A stretch of 64,000 bases of DNA from a virus: positions 64,001 to 128,000 of the IMG/VR virus record IMGVR_UViG_3300025617_000007; one strand, written 5' to 3'. The notes below the pieces were generated by a model that was not told the origin of the DNA, searched no databases, and saw nothing but the letters and a program-made list of their open reading frames with translations. The translations under genes were made by a program, and so were the position numbers. This document shows positions 19,201 to 27,954 of the stretch, one piece after another; the stretch's first letter is position 1; the number at the start of each line of letters is the position of its first letter.

Positions 19201-20767
19201 ATGGCGTAGTTGATGTTGGGGTAACTGACAAAGTTGGTGTAACTGATGGAGTTAATGTTACCGATGAGGTAGGAGTTATACTATTAGTTGGTGTTATTGA
19301 CGGAGTAGGTGTGACAGATGCAGTAGGAGTAATTGAAGGTGTAGATGTAGCACTACTAGTTGGTGTGATAGATGTTGTAGGAGTAATTGAAGGTGTAGGT
19401 GTAATGGTCGGTGTTGGAGTAATACTTGAAGTCGTTGTTATACTCGGAGTACTAGTTACTGTCGGAGTAATAGATACACTTGGAGTAATAGTAGGTGTAG
19501 GAGTAACCGACAAAGCAGGACTAACACTTACTGTTGGTGTTATTGACGATGTAGGAGTAACACTTGAAGTTGGCGTAATAGATGGAGTAACACTTATCGA
19601 TGGTGTTACGGTTTGTGTTGGAGTTACCGATGGTGTTGGTGTTACAGGTAATGATGAAGGAGTAACGGTAGTTGTTACCGATGGTGTTGGTGTCGGTGTC
19701 TGAGTTTGTGTTAATGTTGGAGTATTACTTATACCCGCAGTTGGGCTCTGAGTTATCGTTTGAGTCGGTGTCATTGTCACAGTTGCCGTTTGTGTCAATG
19801 TCGGAGTGTGAGTTGGTGTAATAGATGAAGTTGGTGTGTTAGTCGGTGTTAACGATATTGTTGGAGTGTTAGATGTTGTTACGCTTGGTGTTGGCGTATA
19901 TGTAGGTGTTACACTCGGAGTTGGCGTGTTAGTTGGTGTAACTGATGGTGTTGGTGTAGTTGACGGTGTTGTACTTACACCTGCGGTTACTGACGGAGTA
20001 GGTGTTACCGTAACACTTGGTGTGACAGACGGTGTTGAAGTAATTGTTATACTTGGAGTCGGCGTAATAGTTACTGAAGGTGTAATTGAAGAACTAGGCG
20101 TTATACTTGGTGATGGAGTAATTGAAACACTTGGAGTAACTGAAGAAGTAGGTGTAATAGTTACTGAAGGTGTAACTGAAGATGTGGGTGTGATAGACAC
20201 AATAGGAGTTACTGAAATGGTTGGGGTAATCGAACTGGTCGGAGTGATAGATGGTGTAGGGGTAGTAGAAGTGGTTGGTGTTATCGTAACTGAAGGAGTA
20301 ATAGAAATAGTTGGTGTTATCGTTACTGAAGGGGTAGGTCTAGGCGTTTCAGATGGTAATACAATAGCGTCTTGACCCCTATTTGGTTTACAACATAAGT
20401 CAGGAATACTTATTGAGTCCCTAACATTTATCACTAACTTTTCTCTTAAAGGTAATGTTATCTCACCCTGATTATTTGTGATTTTAAATTCGCCAATATA
20501 ACCGCCAGGTTTTCTTGTTTCGTGTGATGATAGTTGATAATAAACATAATAGTCAATATCAGGACTATCTCCGTTAGATTCCTTTACCATTATTTGTGCG
20601 GCTTTGTTCATAACATAATATCGATTAGTTTCCTCATCTCTCATTGAAAAAGTAATGGTTGAGTTATTTGTTAATTCATCGAATTCGCGAAAATCGACTC
20701 TGCCGTCCTTTATAATTTGGACCTTAATTATTGGTAATGTGCTATTTTTTCTAATAAAAAATTCCAT
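16220..20767 (-). CDS. 1515-aa mucin-like tail fibre/virion appendage protein
   Basis: BppU-like N-terminus, long Thr/Pro/Ser tracts, Cys-rich modules, and a C-terminal glycine-rich domain (WTVPQTGTYEFEVAGAQ...GGGGGS). Confidence 0.7.
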   Translation of the reverse strand: MEFFIRKNSTLPIIKVQIIKDGRVDFREFDELTNNSTITFSMRDEETNRYYVMNKAAQIMVKESNGDSPDIDYYVYYQLSSHETRKPGGYIGEFKITNNQGEITLPLREKLVINVRDSISIPDLCCKPNRGQDAIVLPSETPRPTPSVTITPTISITPSVTITPTTSTTPTPSITPTSSITPTISVTPIVSITPTSSVTPSVTITPTSSVTPSVSITPSPSITPSSSITPSVTITPTPSITITSTPSVTPSVTVTPTPSVTAGVSTTPSTTPTPSVTPTNTPTPSVTPTYTPTPSVTTSNTPTISLTPTNTPTSSITPTHTPTLTQTATVTMTPTQTITQSPTAGISNTPTLTQTQTPTPTPSVTTTVTPSSLPVTPTPSVTPTQTVTPSISVTPSITPTSSVTPTSSITPTVSVSPALSVTPTPTITPSVSITPTVTSTPSITTTSSITPTPTITPTPSITPTTSITPTSSATSTPSITPTASVTPTPSITPTNSITPTSSVTLTPSVTPTLSVTPTSTTPCCDTWTLYGGDGTCGSPAEFIVTDCDDNISTVVVNQLDTVVICAIYVEDNNAPICNASATPSGTCNCPTPTPTATVTQTNTQTPTPTMTQTQTETPTPTPTSTPSVLTRAATTRCCDGADVVLTTYDSIIVGDFLIHNNQCHQVTLINPPAGGPLAVKETYSDCATCINDYPCPEVSPTPTQTQTQTPTPTQTQTPTPTPTLTVSPSPTEPQSSEICIPYNWYGTGAVPSSSATGVAYANSATPSSITEWYLSDILCSGYDINNLFPLTTGNSLDVKLGNQIATYTVNSFTNASPGDYWIVGVSYVSGTVSVSPVNCHQQNLFCFDTSAQPGISPLPTSTPSATPRSTETPTPSITPSGSVSVTPSVTPTVSVTPTNTVTPTSSVSVTPSVTVTPSITPTSSLTPTSSITPTPTITPSVTPTITPTSSVTPTITPSVTPSPVPTTGYGYNLVSTPYQVPTSGNTIISNGNGGVSSGSTNPNSFNDGPQMDGIYWNAIDENGVDRDSYYSSFVGNCVRLTISQNGSTAIYDGTLEDVGGAGLPYGGWTGGTEGTGYYFRGDGNNQIQLVQSASTQWVIGDIVYISVETITCPSITPTPTPSVTTTVTPSSSSSPITPTPTSSATPSVTPSITPTATITPSITPSNSVTPSITPTPSTTPTNLYSFSSFTFTSASLVGRTGPTLAQVQSAYSGESWTQNTSYLDVTTNGYQEWTVPQTGTYEFEVAGAQASSVTYPSSSTGGRGVIMKGRYSFNRGDVVEIIVGQQGAAVVNATQYNGAGGGGGSFVVLSGTPLIVAGGGGGDGAYNGSESGTLYNGNDAVTNISGTTSVFGAPGGTNGNGGESHTNGTIVSTNTYDSGSGAGFLTDGENGDGTSGGAATSQDGGAGRTYSAGLSGGARSSTHTQGSDGGFGGAGGGAPICGGGGGGYSGGGGSYRNGNPRSDGGGGAGSYLISGLTNVSTTDGQYNNSSTFGGNSITNLGTYNTGNGYVTVTLI
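19205..20360 (-). repeat. Largest degenerate TPT(P/S)S(I/V) coding repeat tract, about 385 aa
   Basis: Protein-level repeats with varied codons. Further tracts lie at about 17220-17440, 17870-18200, 18590-18670 and 18890-19000. Confidence 0.85.
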
Positions 20768-20769
20768 AG

Positions 20770-22851
20770 TTAATTTGATTCATTAATTATATTAAAGTTA
20801 GGGTCGCAATCAGATTCAGTAATGTTAAATCCAAAATCACAAGTGATTTCATTAGTTACAAAATCAAAATCACATGCAGGTTTTGCCACTTCAAAATTAA
20901 AGAAACATCCTAACAAACAAGGGTAACAATTTGAACACCAAAAATCGTATAGGTCAAACTTATCTTTTAATTGTCTAAAATTATGTTGTAATTGAGGAGT
21001 ACCTAATGGTTCGGTATACATTCTAAATTGTGATATACCACCCATAAATGTTCCTCCAAAATTAGGTTCTAATAATATGTCCGTAGTTAACCCAGAAAGT
21101 GAAGTCCCTGATAATGTTTCATTTGACATAGATTCCGGGTCCTGAATGTATAATCCGTCAGTTGATGTACATCCACTAAACATTAAACTTTCTCTAAGAC
21201 CTTGTGTACCTCCACCCCAACTAATGTTAAATGGTACACCTAATTGTTTTTCTTTTTGAGTATTTAATTCACGAGGTATAATCTCTTCAAAATCTTCAAT
21301 TACCATAAAAAGATATCCGTTAACATATAACTTCAATAGTCCCTTTCGTTTATCTTTTTCTCTTAACCATTTTCTATTAAGTTCGGTTATGTTTGTTAAT
21401 TTTTCTTTAGTCGAACCGGGATGTGTTTGTGGAGGTACAATAAGATTTGGTGATGCACCGTTAATTGATGATGGGTATAGTAACTCTCGTATATCTCCTA
21501 AACCTCCCCAATTAATTAAATCACAATCCTCTAAACTTTCATATCTCTCAAATACTGTGGATATCATAACCCATCTTTCTTCAGTATTTGCGGTGTAACA
21601 AATTAAACTTTCATAGTCACAACTATCATATATCCCTTTAACGGAACATATTTCGTTAACACAATATCCTGATGAATATGTTGTACCTGTAACGTCACAA
21701 TTTACTTCAGTGACACAGTCACCAGTTAATTTTATATATTTAACACATAGTTTAGGATTCTTAGGGTCACCATCTAACCTAATTGACATCGCATTAGAAA
21801 ATACATCTTTACCTGGGTCGACAGGTGGATTTACAACCTCAGAATCATACCCACAATTAATTCCTATATTATGCTGAACAGTTGTTGCTGTTGTGGGGAA
21901 AACATTAAAACAATCTGAATTGGTTACTCCTGTATTGGAACATGCACAAGTTTTAATACAAGTTGTTAAACCTGACGTTACCCTTTTATAATTCCACTCA
22001 CTAACACTACCAACAATATCAACATCAAAATTACATTTAAACGTCTCTATTGATTGGACATCTCCTGATGCTGGATGGTAATATTTATTTTCTGCCCTTG
22101 TACCGAAGAAAAAGAATGTACCGGAGTTTTCAGGATAAACATCATTTAAGTAAACTTCAGAAGGTTGTATTTCAAACTCTTCTCTTTGTCTAGGTTTTAT
22201 TAATGTTTCCATTGTCCAACCCTTATTTACTCTTTCAGGAAATACTTCGTAATCGTACCCATATAACTTATAAAACCCTTGATAAAATCCACCATATAAT
22301 TCATTATAATAACCTTTATATTGGTCATCTTTAGAAACTATATTATACACCGTTTTAGTGTTTCCTGAAAATCTATGATTTGGCCAATTTGCATATGAGG
22401 TGACAGGATGTAATTTTAACCTTCTATCGTAATAATAGGGATTAAACTTTTCAAAATCATTTATACCCATAGTAAAAGTTAATGATTGTCCCGACATTTT
22501 ATCATATAATCCATTATCTGTACCTGTTAACCCTATATCACATAAAGTAGTTGCGGTTTCACAATTTAAATCTTCATTGTTCGGATTATAGTAATTTTTT
22601 GATATTAGAGTGTTACCTGAATAATTTACGTTCCATAATAATCTTAGTTTTTGATTAGATAATGATGAATTTAAATCGATACTAACAGGTAATCGATTAC
22701 CGTCATTTTCGGCAATAATATTATTTGAGAAAACGACTTCTTCATCGTAATCTTTTTCATCAGACGCTAATGTAAGGTCAAAATTACTACTATAATCTAA
22801 CCTAATGTCGTACCTATTGAAATAATAATTATTGATATTCTGACTTGGCAT
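20770..22851 (-). CDS. Cys-rich virion structural protein (LamG/ConA-like C-terminal features)
   Basis: 'LYVNGYL', 'NISWGGG', 'GGISQFRMYTEPL' pattern and C-terminal C-x-F-x-F repeats; late motif at 22865-22872. Confidence 0.5.
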   Translation of the reverse strand: MPSQNINNYYFNRYDIRLDYSSNFDLTLASDEKDYDEEVVFSNNIIAENDGNRLPVSIDLNSSLSNQKLRLLWNVNYSGNTLISKNYYNPNNEDLNCETATTLCDIGLTGTDNGLYDKMSGQSLTFTMGINDFEKFNPYYYDRRLKLHPVTSYANWPNHRFSGNTKTVYNIVSKDDQYKGYYNELYGGFYQGFYKLYGYDYEVFPERVNKGWTMETLIKPRQREEFEIQPSEVYLNDVYPENSGTFFFFGTRAENKYYHPASGDVQSIETFKCNFDVDIVGSVSEWNYKRVTSGLTTCIKTCACSNTGVTNSDCFNVFPTTATTVQHNIGINCGYDSEVVNPPVDPGKDVFSNAMSIRLDGDPKNPKLCVKYIKLTGDCVTEVNCDVTGTTYSSGYCVNEICSVKGIYDSCDYESLICYTANTEERWVMISTVFERYESLEDCDLINWGGLGDIRELLYPSSINGASPNLIVPPQTHPGSTKEKLTNITELNRKWLREKDKRKGLLKLYVNGYLFMVIEDFEEIIPRELNTQKEKQLGVPFNISWGGGTQGLRESLMFSGCTSTDGLYIQDPESMSNETLSGTSLSGLTTDILLEPNFGGTFMGGISQFRMYTEPLGTPQLQHNFRQLKDKFDLYDFWCSNCYPCLLGCFFNFEVAKPACDFDFVTNEITCDFGFNITESDCDPNFNIINESN

Positions 22852-22864
22852 ATTGGTTTTTATA

Positions 22865-22892
22865 GATAAATACTTTGTTTGTAGTATTTATA
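22865..22892. promoter_or_regulatory. Back-to-back putative late promoters
   Basis: TATTTATC on the minus strand (22865-22872) and TATTTATA on the plus strand (22885-22892), each 13-14 nt from a divergent ATG. Confidence 0.65.
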
Positions 22893-22906
22893 GTAAAAAA
22901 CAAACT

Positions 22907-23647
22907 ATGAAGTCATATCTTTATAAAACAGAAGAAGGTGCGAAGAATGCCTCCAAAGAGTTAGGATGTAAAGGTTTTCACAAACACAAAAGAAAAACTT
23001 TTATGCCTTGCTCAACACATAAGGAGTTTTTAGATAAAAGTAAATCTCAAAAACCCGAAGGTGAAATAGATGAATTAATTGATTATGATGGTACAATGTT
23101 AAATTCAAAAGTACCTATTCTCGACCCTCACGTAACTGCTAAAGGTGATGATACTATGGATAAAACGGTTGCAATGGCTCGTATCACCCAAGACCCACTA
23201 ACTAGAGGTTATAGAGTGTACTATGGAGAATCAGTAGTAAGAGAAGAAGATATGGAAGACGCTTTTGGTTTTGAGGAAACTAAGTTTATGGATGCCGAAG
23301 AAACTGTAGATTACTTCATGAGTGAATTAGGTTTTGACGAAATTGATGCTGAAGGTAGGGCAGAGGAAATGGGAAAAGACCCTAAATTAGATGATAGCTC
23401 TCAATATAAAAGTAAGAAAAACTTTGTAATGAAAGGTCGTTTAACGGAAAAAGGTAAAGTATTAAGTAAAGAAGAAATATTAAAAATGGGTGAAGACTCT
23501 TTAGTTGGTAAAACAGATAGTAGAGATATTAAAATGACAAAAGAAATTTCACCAATACTTAAAAGAAATATTAAAGCACTTAAGAAATTGGCAGTTATGG
23601 ACGGAGTATCTACCAACGAATTAATTAAGATGTTAAAAAATGAATAA
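22907..23647 (+). CDS. Hypothetical protein with an N-terminal Cys/His module
   Basis: Start probably 22907 (MKSYLYKTEEG); motif GCKGFHKH...MPCSTH. Confidence 0.55.
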   Translation: MKSYLYKTEEGAKNASKELGCKGFHKHKRKTFMPCSTHKEFLDKSKSQKPEGEIDELIDYDGTMLNSKVPILDPHVTAKGDDTMDKTVAMARITQDPLTRGYRVYYGESVVREEDMEDAFGFEETKFMDAEETVDYFMSELGFDEIDAEGRAEEMGKDPKLDDSSQYKSKKNFVMKGRLTEKGKVLSKEEILKMGEDSLVGKTDSRDIKMTKEISPILKRNIKALKKLAVMDGVSTNELIKMLKNE

Positions 23648-24104
23648 AGATTTATACGATAAAAAAGTTAAGTTACCTGACTCATTAAAAAGTCATCTTT
23701 CAAAAAGTTTTGAAATGGTTGAGGCTGATAGTAACACTGAAGGGTTCAATAGAAATAAAGAACTTAGAGATAGTGGTATTATGACTTACCAACAACTTAA
23801 AAGAGTAAAAAACTGGTTTGATGGTTATGATGGGGATAAAAAAGACGCCCCTTTTATATTAAATGGTGGCGAAAGAATGCAAAAATGGTGTAGTCACGTA
23901 TTGGACCATTGGAGGAATACCATTGAGAGTGGTAAAAAAGCCAAATCTGAAACGGGTATGGAAAATGAATATATTCAAAATCATACTAAAGATGGAATAG
24001 TTGTTAACCCTAATGATAAACACGAAAAAGGTATTAACAAATACGACACTGCAGTGACGGAACAAATTAAACAAATAAACTCAATAATGAAAACATTATT
24101 ATAA
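23640..24104 (+). CDS. Hypothetical phage protein
   Basis: Shares a 'R.K.(W/F)FD...GG....KW' domain with the C-terminus of 44250..44804. Confidence 0.55.
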   Translation: MNKDLYDKKVKLPDSLKSHLSKSFEMVEADSNTEGFNRNKELRDSGIMTYQQLKRVKNWFDGYDGDKKDAPFILNGGERMQKWCSHVLDHWRNTIESGKKAKSETGMENEYIQNHTKDGIVVNPNDKHEKGINKYDTAVTEQIKQINSIMKTLL

Positions 24105-24397
24105 TGGCAAAACAAAACGATAAAATACAATTTGACCAGCCAGACAATAGTTTGTCTGCAATTGCTGAAGCGGAAAGAAGTAAACTATTTCCGAAAAATG
24201 ATTTTTCACCTAAAAGTGATGCGTACTCACCACAACACCCTGATGCTATGGCTGATGGAGATGGGATAGGTAGAGGTACTGCTAAGTTCTTAGATGTGTA
24301 CAACGAAAACGCTGGTACATCGACAGATATTCAAGAAAGAATAGGTGATATTAAGATTAATAAATTTAATTCAAGTAAGACATACCCTAACTTTTAA
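24104..24397 (+). CDS. Hypothetical protein
   Basis: Abutting, translationally coupled ORF. Confidence 0.55.
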   Translation: MAKQNDKIQFDQPDNSLSAIAEAERSKLFPKNDFSPKSDAYSPQHPDAMADGDGIGRGTAKFLDVYNENAGTSTDIQERIGDIKINKFNSSKTYPNF

Positions 24398-24783
24398 TGA
24401 AACTTTTAGAAACATTTCGAGGACTTATTAATGAGGTTGCGTCCCTTAACGATATACAAAAATCGATTAAGGACAGAAATGTTACGACTATATATTACGA
24501 TGGTGACAATCCTGGAGGTACAGGTATTAGAGAAATTGAACCTGTTTGTGTTGGTTACAGTAAAGCAGGTAATTTAGTATTAAGAGCGTGGGACCTCGAA
24601 GGTGCGTCCCACACTGCCACAATCGGAGAAAAACCCTTACCGGGTTGGAGACTTTTCCGTGTAGACAAAATCTTTACTTATAAACCAACTATGGATACAT
24701 TTAATGAACCTAGACCTGGTTATAACCCTAATGGTGATAAAAGTATGTCTAGCGTAATTTTAAACGCAAAATTTAACACATAA
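24397..24783 (+). CDS. Stand-alone WYL-domain protein
   Basis: 'I.Y......R.IEP......L.AWD.......WRLFRVDKI' WYL signature. Confidence 0.75.
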   Translation: MKLLETFRGLINEVASLNDIQKSIKDRNVTTIYYDGDNPGGTGIREIEPVCVGYSKAGNLVLRAWDLEGASHTATIGEKPLPGWRLFRVDKIFTYKPTMDTFNEPRPGYNPNGDKSMSSVILNAKFNT

Positions 24784-24787
24784 GATA

Positions 24788-25381
24788 ATGAGTAATTTAA
24801 TGGAAAAATTAGCCATATCTAAAAAGATAATGGACAAACATAACGAAGTTCCAAGAAGTGGGATGTCAGGTGATTTACCTATGAATGATAACGTAAATGC
24901 AACATATAATATCCCTGATAGTGTTATGGAGCAGACTCAACAACCTATTAAACAACCTATTAATAATACAGTCCAAATGAATCAACCGGTAAGTGAAGAT
25001 GCAATTAAAAATTCTAAACTACCTGATGAGATTAAAAAATTAATGATGGAAAATCCTATCTCCCAACCACAAATGGGTGGACCTGTATTATCTGATGAAC
25101 TTATAGAGGGAGCAACTAGATTAATGGGAACATCTAAAAATCCTATTAATGAAACACAAAGACCTAATCATACTACTCAAACTAATACGAGCAATTCTGA
25201 TTTAAAACAAATGATTAGGGATGTTGTGAGAGACACGGTAAGAGATGTGATTAAAGAAGAATTACAAAGTGCAGGTTTAATATCTGAATCATCACAAAAA
25301 ACAAACGAAACATTATCACTTAGAGTAGGTAAACACGTATTTGAAGGAAAAGTTTTAAAGATTAAAAAAGTAAAACAGTAA
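24788..25381 (+). CDS. Hypothetical protein (Q/N/P-rich middle)
   Basis: Long ORF in the same operon. Confidence 0.55.
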   Translation: MSNLMEKLAISKKIMDKHNEVPRSGMSGDLPMNDNVNATYNIPDSVMEQTQQPIKQPINNTVQMNQPVSEDAIKNSKLPDEIKKLMMENPISQPQMGGPVLSDELIEGATRLMGTSKNPINETQRPNHTTQTNTSNSDLKQMIRDVVRDTVRDVIKEELQSAGLISESSQKTNETLSLRVGKHVFEGKVLKIKKVKQ

Positions 25382-25438
25382 TAGACCTTTTCTTATCCTA
25401 TTTTTTTACTTATACTTTGTCTAAAACTTATTAAGTAT

Positions 25439-26644
25439 ATGGCAAAGATTAAAATATTAGTATTACCCTCAGACAGGACTGGGGTTGGTAAGTTTCGTTC
25501 CGTTGAACCACATATCTTCTTACAAAACAAATATCCTGAAGACTTTCATGTAGATATAGACTACGAACCAAAAATTGATGACGATAATTATTGGAAGAAT
25601 TACGACATCGTTCATTTCCACAGAACAATAACAAAAGATTATGATAGTACTCCCGCACTTTTAGAGAAACTAAATAAATGGGGAATTACTACTATTGGTG
25701 ATATTGATGATTATTGGTTACCTTCTCGTGAACATCCTGCACATGCAATGATAATGAATAGTAAACTTCATTTAAAGATTGTTAAAAATTTAAAATCCGC
25801 ACAATACGTTACTACCACAACCCCATTGTTTGCTCAGGAAATCAAAAAAATTAATAAAAATGTAATTGTATTACCAAATGCGATTAACCCTAATGAACCT
25901 CAATTTCAAGAAAAAACAAAACCTTCAGATAAGTTACGATTCGGATGGTTAGGTGGTTCATCACACTTACATGATTTAAAATTATTGGGTGGTACTTTTG
26001 GACTTCTTTCATCATTAAAAGACCAATACGACTTATATCTATGTGGGTTTGACACTAGAGGTACTGTTACCGAAATAGATAATAGAACAGGTCAACAAAG
26101 ACAAAGACCTATTAAACCTGAGGAAACTGTATGGGCACAATACGAACAAATATTTACAAGTAATTATAAGTTAATTGATGAAGACTACAAAAAGTTTCTT
26201 TTAAATTATACACAGGGACAATACCCTAATGAGAAATTTTATCATAGAGTTTGGACCGCACCTGTAACTTCATATGCTAAGAATTATTCTAAGTTTGATG
26301 TATCGTTAGCACCAATCAAGAACCACTTATTCAATAGAATGAAATCACAACTTAAAGTGATTGAGGCAGGTTTTTATAAAAAAGCAATTATAGCTTCAAA
26401 TGTCGGACCTTACACGATAGATTTGACACATTCATTGAAAAATGGTAACTTTGTTGATGGAAATGCTTTATTGGTAAACGAAACAAGAAATCACGGAGAT
26501 TGGTCTAAGTTTATGAAAAAACTCATAAACAACCCTTCATGGGCTGAAGATTTGGGTGAAAGATTATATGAGACCGTTAAAGATACTTATGACTTAAATA
26601 ACGTAACCGATACAAGAGCACAATTTTATAAATCCTTAATATAA
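25439..26644 (+). CDS. Glycosyltransferase, GT-B (GT4-like)
   Basis: DIDDYW, 'VLPNAI', GWLGG, 'FN.MKSQLKVIEAG', IIASNV. Confidence 0.85.
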   Translation: MAKIKILVLPSDRTGVGKFRSVEPHIFLQNKYPEDFHVDIDYEPKIDDDNYWKNYDIVHFHRTITKDYDSTPALLEKLNKWGITTIGDIDDYWLPSREHPAHAMIMNSKLHLKIVKNLKSAQYVTTTTPLFAQEIKKINKNVIVLPNAINPNEPQFQEKTKPSDKLRFGWLGGSSHLHDLKLLGGTFGLLSSLKDQYDLYLCGFDTRGTVTEIDNRTGQQRQRPIKPEETVWAQYEQIFTSNYKLIDEDYKKFLLNYTQGQYPNEKFYHRVWTAPVTSYAKNYSKFDVSLAPIKNHLFNRMKSQLKVIEAGFYKKAIIASNVGPYTIDLTHSLKNGNFVDGNALLVNETRNHGDWSKFMKKLINNPSWAEDLGERLYETVKDTYDLNNVTDTRAQFYKSLI

Positions 26645-26649
26645 TATAT

Positions 26650-27351
26650 ATGATTAATTTACCTTTAAATAAACTTTTATTTTTCGATTTAGAAACTGTT
26701 GGTATTGAGAAAGATTTACCAACATTAAAAAAGAATAGACCAGAATTAGCAAGACTTTTTGATAGTTATGTGGATTGGTTTAAGAAAAAATACCCTGACC
26801 AAATTGATAATACACCTGAGGAAATTTTTATTAATAAAGCGGCTTTAGTTGCTGAGTTCTCTAAAATTATTGTCGCTTCATTCTCATTTATAACCCCAAA
26901 GAACGAGATTCATACTCAAACAATTGCTGAGGATGATGAAAAAGAGCTATTGATACAGGTTAGAGAATTATTAGATAAGGTAGATAAGTTCGATTTTTAC
27001 CTATGTGGTCACAATATCAAATTTTTTGATATACCCACATTAGGTAAGAGATTTTTAACTAATAATATTTTACCTCCAAAAATATTACCAAATTACGATA
27101 CTAAACCATGGGAAATCAAAGCGGTAGATACCAAAGAAGTGTGGCAATTTGGTAATAACTTTGGTATATCATCATTAGATTTAATGTGTGTATCAATGGG
27201 TGTTGATAGTCCTAAAACAGGTGAAGTGTCGGGTAACTTAGTTCATGATACGTATTGGAACGCAAACGGGTTATCACCAATTGCAGATTACTGTGAGAAA
27301 GACGTTACAGTTTTAATTGAATTAATGAGAAAAATTTATAATTTAAAATAG
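26650..27351 (+). CDS. Stand-alone DEDD 3'-5' exonuclease (PolB-exo-like)
   Basis: FFDLETV, GHNIKFFDIP, YCEKDV. Confidence 0.8.
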   Translation: MINLPLNKLLFFDLETVGIEKDLPTLKKNRPELARLFDSYVDWFKKKYPDQIDNTPEEIFINKAALVAEFSKIIVASFSFITPKNEIHTQTIAEDDEKELLIQVRELLDKVDKFDFYLCGHNIKFFDIPTLGKRFLTNNILPPKILPNYDTKPWEIKAVDTKEVWQFGNNFGISSLDLMCVSMGVDSPKTGEVSGNLVHDTYWNANGLSPIADYCEKDVTVLIELMRKIYNLK

Positions 27352-27354
27352 AAT

Positions 27355-27954
27355 ATGTTTAATAAGATAAAAGATTTTAAGGATAGCATGTCCAAATTAG
27401 GTGAATTAAAAGAAAAATTAGGTTCAGTTGACATGACGGACCCTAAAACAATGATGGATTCTTTCGGTATTGATTATGAAGAGTTAGAAAAAAACTTTGA
27501 AGAACAGTATTATAAGACTCCTGAGATTGAATATGTTTATAAATCGGTAAATCCTGAACCTAAGTACCACTACGGTAGTGATTCAGGATTTGACTTAAGA
27601 GCTAACGAAAAAGTAACACTAAAACCATTAGAAAGGGCTTTAGTGTCAACAGGTTTACATATAAACGTACCTGCTAGACATGAAGTACAGGTAAGACCTA
27701 AGAGCGGATTGGCAATTAAGAAAGGTTTAACTGTCCTTAACACACCAGGTACTGTTGATGAAGGGTATACAGGTGAAATAAAAGTTATACTGATTAATCT
27801 AAGTCAAGAAACTCAAGTAATTGAATTGGGTGACAAAATTGCACAAGCGGTTATCTGTCCTGTAGTTCAAGGAAGAGATGTTATCTTGAAAAGAGTATTA
27901 GAAATAAAAGAAAAAGATAGAAACGAAAATGGATTTGGTTCAACTGGAAACTAA
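27355..27954 (+). CDS. dut: Trimeric dUTPase with N-terminal extension
   Basis: SGFDL, RPKSGLA, GTVDEGYTGEIKV, IAQAV, RNENGFGSTG. Confidence 0.92.
   Translation: MFNKIKDFKDSMSKLGELKEKLGSVDMTDPKTMMDSFGIDYEELEKNFEEQYYKTPEIEYVYKSVNPEPKYHYGSDSGFDLRANEKVTLKPLERALVSTGLHINVPARHEVQVRPKSGLAIKKGLTVLNTPGTVDEGYTGEIKVILINLSQETQVIELGDKIAQAVICPVVQGRDVILKRVLEIKEKDRNENGFGSTGN

Noticed and set aside
17200-20360. Repeats as a CRISPR array or DNA-level repeat element
   Set aside because: The repeats are degenerate at DNA level, in frame, and have no constant repeat/unique spacer structure; no cas genes in the window.
16612-20375. Val/Gly-rich ORFs opposite or overlapping the mucin-like gene (17931, 19098, 19836 and others)
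   Set aside because: Reverse-complement or frame shadows of Thr/Pro codon repeats, which lack stops; no independent promoter or motif.
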